IMG/VR virus record: IMGVR_UViG_3300029845_000007
Source of the DNA: a virus
Reading direction: 5' to 3' (one strand)
Length of the DNA stretch: 64,000 bases
Part shown: one piece after another, positions 39,980-52,300 of the stretch
Position numbering within the stretch: position 1 is the stretch's first letter
Layout: each line of letters opens with the position of its first letter
Program-made: the position numbers and the translations under genes
Notes under the pieces: generated by a model
The model's input: the letters and a program-made list of their open reading frames with translations, nothing else
Database searches by the model: none
What the model was told of the DNA's origin: nothing

Positions 39980-40122
39980 GAACTTTTATTGAAAAACTAA
40001 TTGGGTTATTTACTGTTCCACGTTGTCCTAATTGTGGTGCTAGACTAGAAGAAGTTCCACGGGAAGAGGAAAATGACCCAATTGCTTTTAAATGTATTAA
40101 CTGTGGTAAAGAATGGAGTTAG
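39970..40122 (+). CDS. small zinc-ribbon protein (50 aa, below ORF-track cutoff)
   Basis: MGIRTFIEKLIGLFTVPRCPNCGARLEEVPREEENDPIAFKCINCGKEWS. CxxC-x17-CxxC. Start and stop overlap the neighbouring genes. Confidence 0.35.
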   Translation: MGIRTFIEKLIGLFTVPRCPNCGARLEEVPREEENDPIAFKCINCGKEWS

Positions 40123-40358
40123 AAACCGTATTAAAAACAATTTTATTAGATGTCCCTGTTATTGAATGTTTTATTCAGTTTGTAATAACTGCAATAGCAC
40201 TAAAGATTACTAAGGAAAGACTAGATGATGAAGTAATAAGTACAGTTACTCTTAATTGTGTTTTATTCTTTATTCCAATATTAGGTCATGTTCTATTTGT
40301 AATATTTATAATCAGGTTTGTTCATTTATTAAAGTATCTATATGGAAAAGAAGAATAA
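40113..40358 (+). CDS. small hydrophobic membrane protein
   Basis: 81 aa with two hydrophobic segments. Confidence 0.35.
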   Translation: MELETVLKTILLDVPVIECFIQFVITAIALKITKERLDDEVISTVTLNCVLFFIPILGHVLFVIFIIRFVHLLKYLYGKEE

Positions 40359-40536
40359 AGTCAGAACTTGCGGTAATTGTATTCATTTAGTAAAGAGAGA
40401 AAAAGGTTGTTTCTATAAACATTATACGTGCTTAGAAAGAAGTAGTGATACTATTATTACTTCTTGTTATAGAAGACCTAGTACTCCAACTGATTGTTCT
40501 TATCATAAATTTAAAAATAATAATTATAATGAGTAA
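40342..40536 (+). CDS. small Cys-rich (zinc-binding?) protein
   Basis: 64 aa: CGNC...C...C...C..C. Confidence 0.35.
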   Translation: MEKKNKVRTCGNCIHLVKREKGCFYKHYTCLERSSDTIITSCYRRPSTPTDCSYHKFKNNNYNE

Positions 40537-41071
40537 ATTAAGTAAAGCAATAGCTAATGCTATTATTGAATTTAATGGTGGTTTATTAACTCAAGATAGA
40601 CTCTTTGATAAACTAGAACGAGACATTGATAATGTCTCTGTTAAAGTATGGCGTGAAGATAAATCTGTTCCATTACCTACTTATGGTAAAGAAGGAGATG
40701 CTTGTTGTGATGTCTATGCTAAGAATATAGAGATTAAACAAGATGATAGAATAGTTGTTCATACAGGTCTTCATTTTGCTCTTCCTGATAATTACGAAAT
40801 GGAACTTAGACCTCGCAGTAGTTTTACTAAAGGAAATCTTGTAATGCAAAATAGTCCGGGGACGCTCGATGAATCTTATAGAGGAGAATTACTATTTGTA
40901 TTTAGAGGACTTTACGACCTTGAAGAACCTATTGTTCCAAAAGAAGGGGAACGTGTTGGTCAACTTCTTGTTCGTCGTCGTGAGAAGATTACTTGGGATG
41001 AAGTTGAAACTCTCGAAGAACTAGGAACTACTGAAAGAGGTGTAAAAGGATTTGGTAGTACTGGAAAATAA
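40529..41071 (+). CDS. dut: dUTPase
   Basis: Start at MSKLSK (the track ORF 40445 carries a 28-aa hydrophobic artefact). Motifs: EGDACCDVYA, RPRSSFTKGNLV (motif 3), GTLDESYRGEL (GxIDxDYRG), ERVGQLLV (motif 5). Confidence 0.75.
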   Translation: MSKLSKAIANAIIEFNGGLLTQDRLFDKLERDIDNVSVKVWREDKSVPLPTYGKEGDACCDVYAKNIEIKQDDRIVVHTGLHFALPDNYEMELRPRSSFTKGNLVMQNSPGTLDESYRGELLFVFRGLYDLEEPIVPKEGERVGQLLVRRREKITWDEVETLEELGTTERGVKGFGSTGK

Positions 41072-41107
41072 ACTAATTACTAATTTTAAACAATAAATAA
41101 TTAAATT

Positions 41108-41791
41108 ATGAAAGCAATTGGAATTAAAATGGTTGAACTTCAACCAATGAGAGCTAGTATGGCTCTATCAACTGGTTATAAAATAGGTAATGCTCATCCT
41201 GATGATATGGGTTATGAAGTTACTTATCCAGATGGATATAAAAGTTGGACACCTAAAGATGTAGCTGATGCTGCGTATTATCCTCTTTCAGAGAATAATG
41301 ACGGTACTAAGATTATTAAAGAAGATGTTGAGAACTTTATCACAAATGTAGATGTTACAACAATAGGAGAAAAGACTACTGTTGTTAATGCTCATACTCG
41401 TAGTGGTTTCGATATAGTTCGTCATTCTTCTTGTGTTGACCCTAAGAACTATAACGAAGAACTTGGCAAACAATATGCTATGGAAGAAGTTATTAATGAC
41501 ATTTGGGCACATCTTGGTTTTGTCCTTCAATGGGCTAAATACGGTATTAATGTTAAACCTAAAGAAAGTAAATATCCTCCTCATATTCAAAGAGTAATTA
41601 CAGAATATGAAGAGCTTAACGATAAGATTGGTAAACTTAATAAATTTATTAATGGCAATCCTTTCTTTAAGAAACTTGATGCAGAAGAGAGAAATGATAT
41701 GGCTTGTCAGCTTACTTCTATGAGAAACTATTCTGATACTCTTCTTTCTCGTCTTACAAGAGCTGGCGTTGATTTCAAAGAACTTATTTAA
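41108..41791 (+). CDS. hypothetical protein
   Basis: 227-aa ORF. Confidence 0.45.
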   Translation: MKAIGIKMVELQPMRASMALSTGYKIGNAHPDDMGYEVTYPDGYKSWTPKDVADAAYYPLSENNDGTKIIKEDVENFITNVDVTTIGEKTTVVNAHTRSGFDIVRHSSCVDPKNYNEELGKQYAMEEVINDIWAHLGFVLQWAKYGINVKPKESKYPPHIQRVITEYEELNDKIGKLNKFINGNPFFKKLDAEERNDMACQLTSMRNYSDTLLSRLTRAGVDFKELI

Positions 41792-41802
41792 AACTAAAAA
41801 AT

Positions 41803-42096
41803 ATGCTTAAATTAAATAATGTATTATCCATAGAAACTTATGGAATTAAATCTAAAGTAGTAAATCCTAAGATACCATATAAGGTATATCAGTGCAATAG
41901 TCTAGCTCGTATGCAAGACAAGAACGGTAGTAATACTCTTCATATTGTTCTTGAAGATATAACTCCTAGTGCTGACAATGATACTTTTGACCGAGAAAAA
42001 ATTGTAGTTGAACTTAATCAGTTCGCGAATACTTGGAATCATTATGCTGAACCGAAAGAAGAAATAAAAGATGAAGTCGGAGAAGTACATGATTAA
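41803..42096 (+). CDS. hypothetical protein
   Basis: 97-aa ORF. Confidence 0.4.
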   Translation: MLKLNNVLSIETYGIKSKVVNPKIPYKVYQCNSLARMQDKNGSNTLHIVLEDITPSADNDTFDREKIVVELNQFANTWNHYAEPKEEIKDEVGEVHD

Positions 42097-42234
42097 ACAG
42101 ATTCGTAAAGCTATGCGATATGTTAGTTGTTTACCGCAACTTAAAGCTCGTAATAAAGTTTATCTCAAACTACAAGAGATAGAAAAGAAGTATAAAGAAT
42201 AATAAGTAATAATCATTTTTAGTTATACATTATT

Positions 42235-42271
42235 AAGAGTACTAGTAGTAATACTGGTACTCTTATTTTAT
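42235..42271 (+). terminator. rho-independent terminator AAGAGTAC-tagtagtaatactg-GTACTCTT-ATTTTAT
   Basis: 8-bp stem and T-rich tail. Confidence 0.55.
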
Positions 42272-42277
42272 AATACT

Positions 42278-42463
42278 ATGACAAAAAGAATAAGCGTTAA
42301 AGTAAAAGCCTATCAATCTAATGGATTTAGTAGAACTTGTAAGAACTGTATTTATAGACCTTGTACTCCAATGCAATTAAATCTATGTACTAAAGCCTAT
42401 ATAGAAGGTTATATGAAAGGTTACAAGAGAGCTAAAAAAGATATTAAAGAAAGAATAATATGA
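42278..42463 (+). CDS. small basic Cys-containing protein
   Basis: 61-aa ORF (CKNCIYRPC). Confidence 0.3.
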   Translation: MTKRISVKVKAYQSNGFSRTCKNCIYRPCTPMQLNLCTKAYIEGYMKGYKRAKKDIKERII

Positions 42464-42639
42464 CACTAGAAACTGTTGGAATAATTATAGGAGGATTAAT
42501 ATTTGCATCAATACCATTTGGAATGTTAATCTATTGTATTGTAAAAGAATTAGCTGAAAAGAAGTTATGGGGATATTTATTATTCATAGTAATAATGATA
42601 ATATTGTTTTTAACGAAATCTTCCATAGAAACTTCATAA
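42460..42639 (+). CDS. small 2-TM membrane protein (59 aa, last plus-strand gene)
   Basis: MTLETVGIIIGGLIFASIPFGMLIYCIV...LLFIVIMIILFL. Confidence 0.3.
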   Translation: MTLETVGIIIGGLIFASIPFGMLIYCIVKELAEKKLWGYLLFIVIMIILFLTKSSIETS

Positions 42640-42646
42640 TAGATTA

Positions 42647-42688
42647 GAACTATTAATAGTAGTAATACTGTTGATAGTTCTTTTTTTT
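42647..42688 (+). terminator. rho-independent terminator GAACTAT-(20-nt loop)-ATAGTTC-T8
   Basis: 7-bp stem and an 8-T tract at the end of the plus-strand module. Confidence 0.6.
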
Positions 42689-42746
42689 ATGTTGTACTTG
42701 GATAAAATCAACGTATTAATGATAGTTGTATTGCTGGACTTGCCTA

Positions 42747-42842
42747 CGCTCGCAAAGCTCGCTAAATCCCCCATAAAGGAATGGAATTATAGGTAAACCA
42801 CTCCTCTATGGGGGAAGAAAGCGAGCCGATAGGCGAGCGAGA
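42747..42842. repeat. about 95-bp imperfect inverted repeat built from two inward-facing copies of the dispersed motif, each with a GC-rich box
   Basis: Left arm CGCTCGCAAAGCTCGCTAAATCCCCCATAAAGGAAT. The reverse complement of the right arm is CGCTCGCCTATCGGCTCGCTTTCTTCCCCCATAGAGGAGT. Spacer AATTATAGGTAAACCA. Confidence 0.65.
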
Positions 42843-43273
42843 TATAGTAAAGCTAGTATTAATAATAATAGTTCAAACAATAATACTAACGGCACTGGGG
42901 ATAGTGTTCAGGAAGATGTTCTTCGTTAGATAGAACATTTGGGAACTTTTTGGATATAGTGAGGTCATAGACGGAGTAAATAGTATTCGGCTCTTTTTCG
43001 GGTAGTGAAGCTAAATCAATCGCTATTGACAATCATTCTACTAATCCTTGTAGCTTTGTTTCTATTTATCGTCCGAGGTTTTGCACTAGGGCGGAGACAC
43101 TGCCTAAATGAAATAGTACTTATAAGTACTAAGACTAATCGAGTTCCCTAGCTCTCCACACTACACGCAACTAATCTAATTAGTCAGATAGCAAATGCTA
43201 AATCCCGTACAACAGTCCGAGACGGTAGGTACTTGTTCACTGCAAAGGTAGTAATTATTTTGATATAAACAAT

Positions 43274-43305
43274 AAGTCGGACTACTTTCACAAGCAATCC
43301 GACTT
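43274..43305 (-). terminator. terminator-like hairpin AAGTCGGA...TCCGACTT followed by a U-rich tail, after the giant gene
   Basis: 8-bp stem with a 16-nt loop. On the minus strand it is followed by AUUGUUUAUAUC. Confidence 0.45.
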
Positions 43306-43334
43306 TCCTATGAGTTGTAATATTAAGTAGTTAG

Positions 43335-46300
43335 TTATTCTTCATCTTCATCAGTAATCATATTAGCAACAACTTGACCTAAACCACTAAACGGACTACT
43401 ACGTACTTTATAGTAACTATTATTAGCACCAAGTCTTTCATGTTTTATAATCTGATTAACTAATGGTACTTGTTTAAAGAAATTTACTACAAGTTTATTT
43501 TCATCTGAATAGCTTCCTGAATTATAATATAAATCATCAGGATTACCAGTAATAATATAGCTACAAAGTGCTCCTAATAATCTAAGATTATCTTGCGCAA
43601 TACTTAATGCAGCAACAGGTTGACTATATAGTTTCTTACCTTCATTAGCTAATCCCCACGGAGTATATTGAATAATTTCAGACATTAGACGGTCAGCACT
43701 ATATAAGATATAGTCAGCTACTTGTGTAGAATCATCATCGTCATCTAGCATTAATTTTCCTACTACAAATAGTGCTACTGCTTTAGTAATAGCTATCCAT
43801 TCACCTAAGCATCTACGAATATTGGCTTTATCATATTCAGGAAGAATGTTATAATAAGTAGTAAGATTAGCTACAAAATCTGCATAACCTTTAGCAATTC
43901 CTTGAAGAGTACGAACAGCTTGAAGTTCGTTACTATCATTAAGTTCGTAGTATTTCTTAAATGGCATTGCTATAAACTCACCTAAACTAACATAAGTTCC
44001 TTTACTAATAGATTCTCTAGTTTCATTATATATACCGTCAAAGTGACCTAAACGATAACCAAAACGTTTTTGGAATCCAGGAACTAAGTGTTTATGGAAC
44101 TGCATTAGTAAAGCTCCCCACCAAGATTGTTGTAATTGATTAGCACCAATCTTATCATAGATACCATGTATTTGATGATTAACTGATATAACCTTATTAC
44201 GGAAAGCTGCAATATCATTATTAGTAAGACCACTGTCAGGTTTAAGAATAGCAACACCATTTTTCAAGATAAGACTTTCTCTAAAAGAAGGATGATTCTC
44301 GAACTTAGTTCTTTCTTCTTTAGTATCTTCTTTATAGGTAGCTTTAAACTCTTCTCTTATCTCTTTAGGAACAGAGCGTAAGAAGTCAGTTATTATATCA
44401 GCTTTAAACTTAACATAACGTTCTTTCTCAATATATGATTCAAGTACTTTATCTCTGAATGTTTCATATTTAGTAACTAATTCAGGATTATTCTTACGAA
44501 GAACTTTAAGCAATGCTTCTTCTCTAAGTCCCATAGCAAACTGTTCAAATGACATTACTTTATTCTTACCATTAACAGTAACAACTCTATGAGAATGAAG
44601 CATAGCTAACAATGTAGCGTTCTGCATATAATGTTCACCTGCGGTTTGTTGGATAAACAACAGATTTTCTAATTTACCCATAGGATTGTTACCTTTACCA
44701 TAACGTTCTGTTATCATATCAGATTCAATAACATTGAATAATCTAATAATAGCATTAGTTTCGTTATTAGTAGTTTCATTATAAGCATCAGCTAAATAAC
44801 TACCTACATTCTGCATCCATTCGTTCTCACCTTTACGGAAGTCTTTGTATTTAAAGAATTGTCCGGCAGCCATTTCCATTTGTATCTGTGTCTTACCATA
44901 TAATACGTTGGCAATACCACCAGTAACGTTTAACATCATAAACTTACTAGATACCATATTACGCATAACACGAGATACTTTAGAACGAGTACCTTCATCC
45001 ATTTCAAATTCATTAAATACTAACTTACGAACTTGATTCTCAAAGTGCTTAACTATATTAGAATCATCACTTTTAGTTGTGCGTATTTCTTGTTTACCAG
45101 TAATTCTACTAAGTAATCTATTATCCATAAGTTTATCGTTAGGATTTCTCTTAATAATATCCATATTACGTAATTGATTACTAGTAATTTTAGCTAATCT
45201 AGCTATATCATTACGAGTATTAAAGTTATACATACTATCAATAAATGAATTAAGTCTTTCAAGAACATTAGGATTATTACGTTCTACATTTTCCTGTGCT
45301 CTTTGCTTACGTAACTCATTGTTCCTAGCTTGAGTTTCACGAACATAAGCTAGATATTCATCAGTAGTTTCACCTTCTTGTTTCTCACGAATAGGAAGAA
45401 GTTTAATCTCTGATAAACTATGTAACATAGGAGCATTACTAAATCTTTTATATAGATTAAGCTCTATATCAGATTTATTAGGAGTATCATACCAACCATG
45501 ACTGCGTTTAAAGTCTTGCCAATAATCAGTAAATCCTTGATGTGGTTGTTCAACAGCTTGATTAGGTAAATAACCACGATTAATATAAGCACGACTACGT
45601 TTATCTTTAACAAGACTATTAAGTAGATTATCTACTTCATTGTATAGTTGTTGCTGATAGTTATTCATTCCATAATATTTATCATTGCGATATTTATTAG
45701 TAGAAGGTTGTAACTTAACTTCATCATAGTTAGGATTCTTGTACTTGTCTTTAACTTTAGTTTCTAACCATTTATATTTAGGACTATATTCCATATTATT
45801 AGCTTCGTCCTTAACTATCATTTGTCTCCAAATAGCTAATGGTTCGTATTCTTTAGTAATAGGATTAAGCACATGATTCTCGTTATACCATTTATCAAAT
45901 ACTACTTTACCCATTTTGTTCATAGCCACATACATAGCTTCGTAGTATACAGTATTGATATAGCTTATATGCTCATCTAACCACTTTTGAGCTTGTTCTT
46001 CATTTGGCTTAACTCTACCAACAGCTGCTGCAAACATTTGCTCTTGATGTTTCTTTAAGTTAGCTATTTGCACTTCTGTAAACTTAGTACCGTCAATAAC
46101 ACCTGTTTCATCATACTTACCGTATGCCATAGTACGAACAAAACTATCAAAAGGATTGCCAGCACGAGTATCCATATAAGCTTTCTTTAACTCATCTAAG
46201 AACTCACCTTTTAACTTATAGTCAGTATTAGCTTTAAGCCATTCAGCTGATTCTCGATAAGTTTCAGATGTTTCAGGGTATTGAAGTCCTTCAATAGCTT

Positions 46301-49300
46301 GTTTATAACGAATAGTAAAAGCATCCTTAGGTCTGTTCTCTTTATACTTATTATTAAGTTGACGACGAGACAATAGATAATTATTAACTGCATTAGCTTC
46401 ATAATAATTCTCTTTGTAATTACCGTCAACATCAATAACAGCACGCATTTCAGTAAGTTCACTTTGAATCTCGTTAAGACGTCTTTCATTTTGAACAGTA
46501 AGAGTACTATAATCATTGTCAATCATTGTACTTAATATATCTCCTTCTTCATGCAATAGCTTCATTAACTTAACATAAGTTTCAGGGTATTTATTAAGTA
46601 ACTGGTTTGTATTGTAGTACTCTTGATACATCTCTTTAACGTATTCACGTTCTACATTATCTATTAAGAACTTCTCTAACTCATCTTTAGCTTTCTTATA
46701 TATTAAACCGTCTCGACCGTTCGGGTCTTCGATTTGTGCCAGTTTTACAGCCTCTTTTAGCGACCTTAATTTTTCAGTGAACGTTTCATTATACGGCAGC
46801 AAAAGATTGCCATTTTCGTCCAAAATATCGTTCAGAGACACGTCTATACCGTTGTTTTTTGCGTCCTCAATGATAGCCGATATTGCCGAAGTAAACGCTA
46901 TCTTTTTGTCTCTAGCTTCTATTTCACTAGCTCTTAACTGATTCATCATTTGTTTAAGAACTATTTGAACTATTGGTATATGTGTCTCTTGACTATCAGC
47001 TAACCAAAACTGGAAGAAGTTTTCATCTTCAAATGCTTCTGTAATGCTAAGCATATTAGATTGTACACGAGGGTCACTAGAAAGACTAGTAATGTAACTA
47101 TCGAAGTACATCTTAGTACTACGTTTAACTACATTATCTAAGTCTTTGATACGTTTGAACTTATCCTTAATCTGTTTAAGCATATCATTAGTTCTACGCA
47201 AACCTTCGATTTCTTCTTCTGTTTCACTTACAGTATAAGCCTCATCAATATTATAAGGTTGAATAGCTTCAATAATAGAATAGTCTTCTACAAATCTATT
47301 AATATCATCTAGGAACATCTCATAACGAGTACGTAATGTTTCATCCTTTAACATAAGGTCGAATAACTTCTTATTAGTTATACTCCATTTCTCTTGAACT
47401 ATCTTGTTACCATTTTCATCTAACTTATAAGTTCCGTCAGGATTAGTAACATAAGTAGTAAAGAAGTTGTGTATATCAAATAAGAAATCATCAATACGTC
47501 TATTAGTATAACCATTGATAATTCTCAACGCTTGTTCACGTAAGTTATCATTTAACTTAGTAGCTGTATTAGAACGTAAATCAATAGCTGTAAATGAACG
47601 GAAAGCATCGTTTAATGCAGCTTCTTCTACATTAGCATTACTACGTTCAACACTTTCAATAACACGAGATATATAATCATTTATCTCTTTATCATTATCT
47701 ATCAATGCAGATTCAAGTATATCTTCATTAATAAAGTTATCTTCTGTCTGAACACGAATAATGTTATTATTAGCAAATTTATCTAATCTAGCATTTTCTT
47801 TAACTACTTGAGTAATGGCATTACGTCTAGGGAATTGTAATTGACTAACACTATTAATAGTTACTTTCTTACTATACATATAGTCAGGAGTGAGACCAAC
47901 AGATTTAGTAGTTACACGACCTAAGTTAGTAACAATATAAACATTACCTTCCTTTTCGTATCTAAAATATCCACCAGCTCTAAAACCTGTATTATCTACA
48001 ACAGTTTGTAAAACAGGAACAAAACCAATACCATTAACATTAACATCTTCAATAGTTTGATTAATGCTAGCTTTAAGTTGAGCATAATAAGGAGATTCAG
48101 AATTATCTGATTTCTTCTTTCTAAGTTGAACTTCATTAGCTTCTAACTTAGTCATAGATGTTTGTAGTCTCTTGGCTGCAATATCAATGTTATTACGGTC
48201 ATTAATAAGTTTACGGATATTACCGTAATTCATATTAGGAGCTACAACAACATAATTAGTAATACCAACAGCTTCAAGAGATTCAATAGTATCTAGTATG
48301 ACCTGATTATCAGTAGCAGCAATAATGTATCTACGAGAAGTATCAACTTGTTGCTCCTTTATGGGGGAAGTTAAGACAGTACTATTAGGAAACGCTTCTT
48401 CTATTAATAAATTAGCACCAGCTTCAAATGCTTTAGGAAGAACTACAAACTTACGAATATCAGAGTTCATAGCTATATTAATAGAACTAATAAATGCAGG
48501 GTCATACTGATTAATAGAAATTTCTTCTAATATATCTAATGGAAGAAACATTCTATTATTATCAGGATTAACACTAATTTCTCCAATTTCATTCTGTTCT
48601 AATGGATTAGTAGGAAGCATATATACAACATCATTATCATATACTAGCTTATATAAACGTAGAACTTTATTATTATCATTAGTTTTAGCGTAATGACGAT
48701 ACTTACGATTATCTTCACTACCAGTAATCATTCTGCGTTCTTGTGCTTCTTTAAAACTAAGCATACCTACACCAAGTCTATTGAATACTATCTTATTAGA
48801 TTCTTTGTACTTCTTATTCTCAAATGTAAGTACATCAGGATTATTAGGATTAGTTCTAAAGAATAAGTCACGTAATTTTTCTATTGCCTTATCATCATTA
48901 CTAAGTCTTTCATAGGTTCCTGTTTCACTACCGTATTGAACCATACTATTAATGGCTTTGTCTGAATCATTAATAATATTAGTAGCTGTTGAAACTCCAT
49001 TATCAGAATCAATACCAGTATCCTGTCCATATAAAAGCTCAACAGGAATAATCTTACTAACTGTTCCGCCTTTAAACTTATAACCTTCTACTACCATAGA
49101 ATATCTTACTAAATCCATAGCTGTAAGTTTAACGAAAGGATTATTACTATGCCAAGCATTACGAAACATCTGATATTGAGATTCAGTAGATATAGTACTA
49201 TCAATAATAGATATTCTATCATAACTATTGCGACGACCTTTATACTCCACATTTAGATTTTTAAATAGATTATCATCCGAAGTATATCTTTGAATCAATA

Positions 49301-52300
49301 CTACTTTATTTGCAGGAGACAACTTCATAAATGCTTCTACATTCTTTTCAGACATATCAGACATATCGAAGCTACCTATTACATTAGTATAACCATATAA
49401 TCTAGCACGAGTATTCTGTTGACTGCTAATAAGATTCAAATTATAACTAGGAATAAACTCATTATCGCTTCTAGTTATAAATCTATTAGTATTAACAAAA
49501 TTAGATTGTGCTTGACTCATATTAATTATGAAACTCTCTAACTGTTGAATAGTTTGTAGATTACGAACATCGAACTTACTAACTAACTCACGGAACTGTG
49601 GAGTTTGAGTTTTGAATATTTCACTATCACGAATAATCTTTTCAGTAGCTATACAGCTATACTTCAGTTGATAATATAAAGAAGGATATGCTGATTCTGA
49701 ATCATCCTGATTAATATCGTTAATAGTATTGAAACTAATCTTAGGATAAATAGCATCTATAAGATATTTATTACCTTCTTCTGTAACAGCTTTAAGAACA
49801 GGATTACCTTTCTTAATACGAGCAATATTGTTATTCTTAATATCAGTAATACGATTAATTACATTATCAATTTCGTTAGCAGATTTACCAGCACCAAACT
49901 TATCACTAGTAATAACCATCATGTTAGTATTGATTTGGTCACCTATCTCTTTGAAATATTCAAATGCCCTTAATGCTTTAATCTGATATATAAGATTATC
50001 TGTATTATTATAGCTAGTACTTTCTACATCATCTTTAAGATGTTCTCTTAATTCAGTTACTCGTATTCCTTCTTCGAGTAATTCATTTTCATTGATAGTT
50101 ATTCCTCTAGCTTCAAGCATTGCTTTAACATCTTTAAGACGAGTTTTCTTAGTAATACTATTAGCTGGAATACCAACAGTCTTAGCCAATCTTATATACA
50201 TATCTCGTCTCAATCCTATAAGGGGATTAAATCCAGTTTCACCGAATACATTATCATTAGCATTTTGTCTAGCAATAAGTTCGGTTATTACAGGTTGATT
50301 AACGAATAAGATAGAAGTTTCATAGTTTGCACCACAATCAACAATAGACTTATATACATCGAAAGTATATAAATCAACATTAGGTACACCACCTTCTTTT
50401 ACACCGTCAAGAATAAGTGCAGTAGTTTCAGAAGAGTAAGGAGTAATTAAACGATTATCTATATTAAGATTATCGTAACTCCAACCTAACTGATTATGGT
50501 CTACCATTACTTCTTTTCCACTTCTAGTTACGTCTCTGAAACGTTTTCTTAATTTTGCTTGAGCGTCTTTGGCTTCTTTCTCTGTATTATATGTATATAC
50601 AAACCTAAAACCACCATGAGCACCGTCAATAATAGTCTTAGCTTTATTACCAATAGAGGCAAAGTTGTCACGATTAACAGAAATAGCTTTAAGACGTGCA
50701 CCGGACATATTAGCATCACGATACCAATTTTGAGCAATTACTGAATTAATATTACGATAAGTCTCTGACAAACCTTCAAAGATATTACTCTTTGCAGCTT
50801 TAATATCTTCAAAATTACTAGACGATAAGTTCTCACCAATAGATACTGGTAGATTCATTATATTAATAAATGTATCTACTATTTTATTGTTACGAGCATC
50901 ACGAGTATTTTGTTGAGCTACTGTTAATTGACTAAATTCTTCAAGAGACATAGCTCCTACTATTTCAGCTCTTGCTTGAATAGTTTGTTCTAATCTAGCT
51001 CTACGAGTTTCATCAGCATAATCAATAGCTAGTTGTTCAGCGTTATCTTTTACATTTTGATAAAATTCTCTTTGTTCATTAATAACAGATTGAATATTAC
51101 GATACTGTTGTGCAAACTTAGCAACATATTCATCATTAGCATATTCACTTTCATAAAAGTCCATCTTACTTACAATAGCGTCTACTCTTTCACCAAACTT
51201 TAATTCTTTTGATTTAAAAGTAATAGTAAGATTATCTTTTATTTCTCTTGGAAGCTCAGCCCATGTTTCATCTGTTTCAGCTATTAAATCTCTAACTTGG
51301 TCAGTTAAGAATTTATCATATTCTTCATTAGCTTTAAGAACAGTTTCTCTTGCAGCTTTACGAGCTTCTTTAAATTCTTCTTTAGTAAATTCAGAATTAG
51401 TAGCTTTACGAGTTTCTTTATCTATTAAAGAATTAACATATCCTATATATCTACGATAAGTAGATACTTCGTCTTCTCCTCCTATATATTCGACTTTATG
51501 AGGTTTACCATTTCTATCAAAATAAGCAGTATGATAAATACCATAGATACTATCAATATCAAAGTCAGCACCGGTCTGTAATACCCATTCATCAGGAACA
51601 ACAATAGTAGAACCTTGAGATTCATCTAATAAACCTACTACTTTCATTACTGCTACTGATTGCTTACCTTCTGTTGGAATACGATAACCAATCATAGTAT
51701 CTAGTCCAGCATTTTGTAAATCTTTAAGAGTAACTTCCTTAACTAGATTACCTTCTGCATCATAAGTATTATAAGCTTTTACCATCCATTTAGGTAACAA
51801 TATCTCTACTATTTGACTACCGTCTTTATGATACGTTAGTTTACGTCCAAGAGAATAACCGTGTTTCTCTTCTACTCTAGATTGCATCAAATCTCTTAAA
51901 TCACTACGACCTGATAGTTCGGTCATGCCAATATCTGAAACTTGACTAGCATGAAATCCTGGAAGTACTTGTCGAGTAACACGATTAGTAAATATACTAT
52001 TTACAATATTTTCTATCTTGCTACGAACTAGATTAGTCCAAGCAGGCATATAAGGCAATCCAGTTTCAGGATTTATTTCAGCATACTTACGATAATTACT
52101 GTCTAATCCTCTACGAGTTAACTCATCCTTAATAAGAGATATAAACTGATTATTATCTATCTTAGCTTGATTACCTTCATATACTACATTACCTTTAGCA
52201 TCAATCTCTACACCAATACGAGCAGCAGCATCTTTAAAACTATCTTGAATATTAGCAGTAAAGTTGTCAAAGAAATCTTTAATAAGAGATTGACCTTCGG

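Noticed and set aside
4713-43334. tRNA genes in the non-coding gaps (4.7-5.1 kb, 14.3-15.5 kb, 16.2-16.4 kb, 20.6-21.0 kb, 42.6-43.3 kb)
   Set aside because: No convincing cloverleaf was found. A GTTCGA word at about 16240 lacks a complementary T-stem. A D-loop-like TAGTTTAATGGTAG at about 20925 is not followed by an anticodon or T arm and is part of the terminator hairpin. A covariance-model scan (tRNAscan-SE or ARAGORN) would be needed to be certain.
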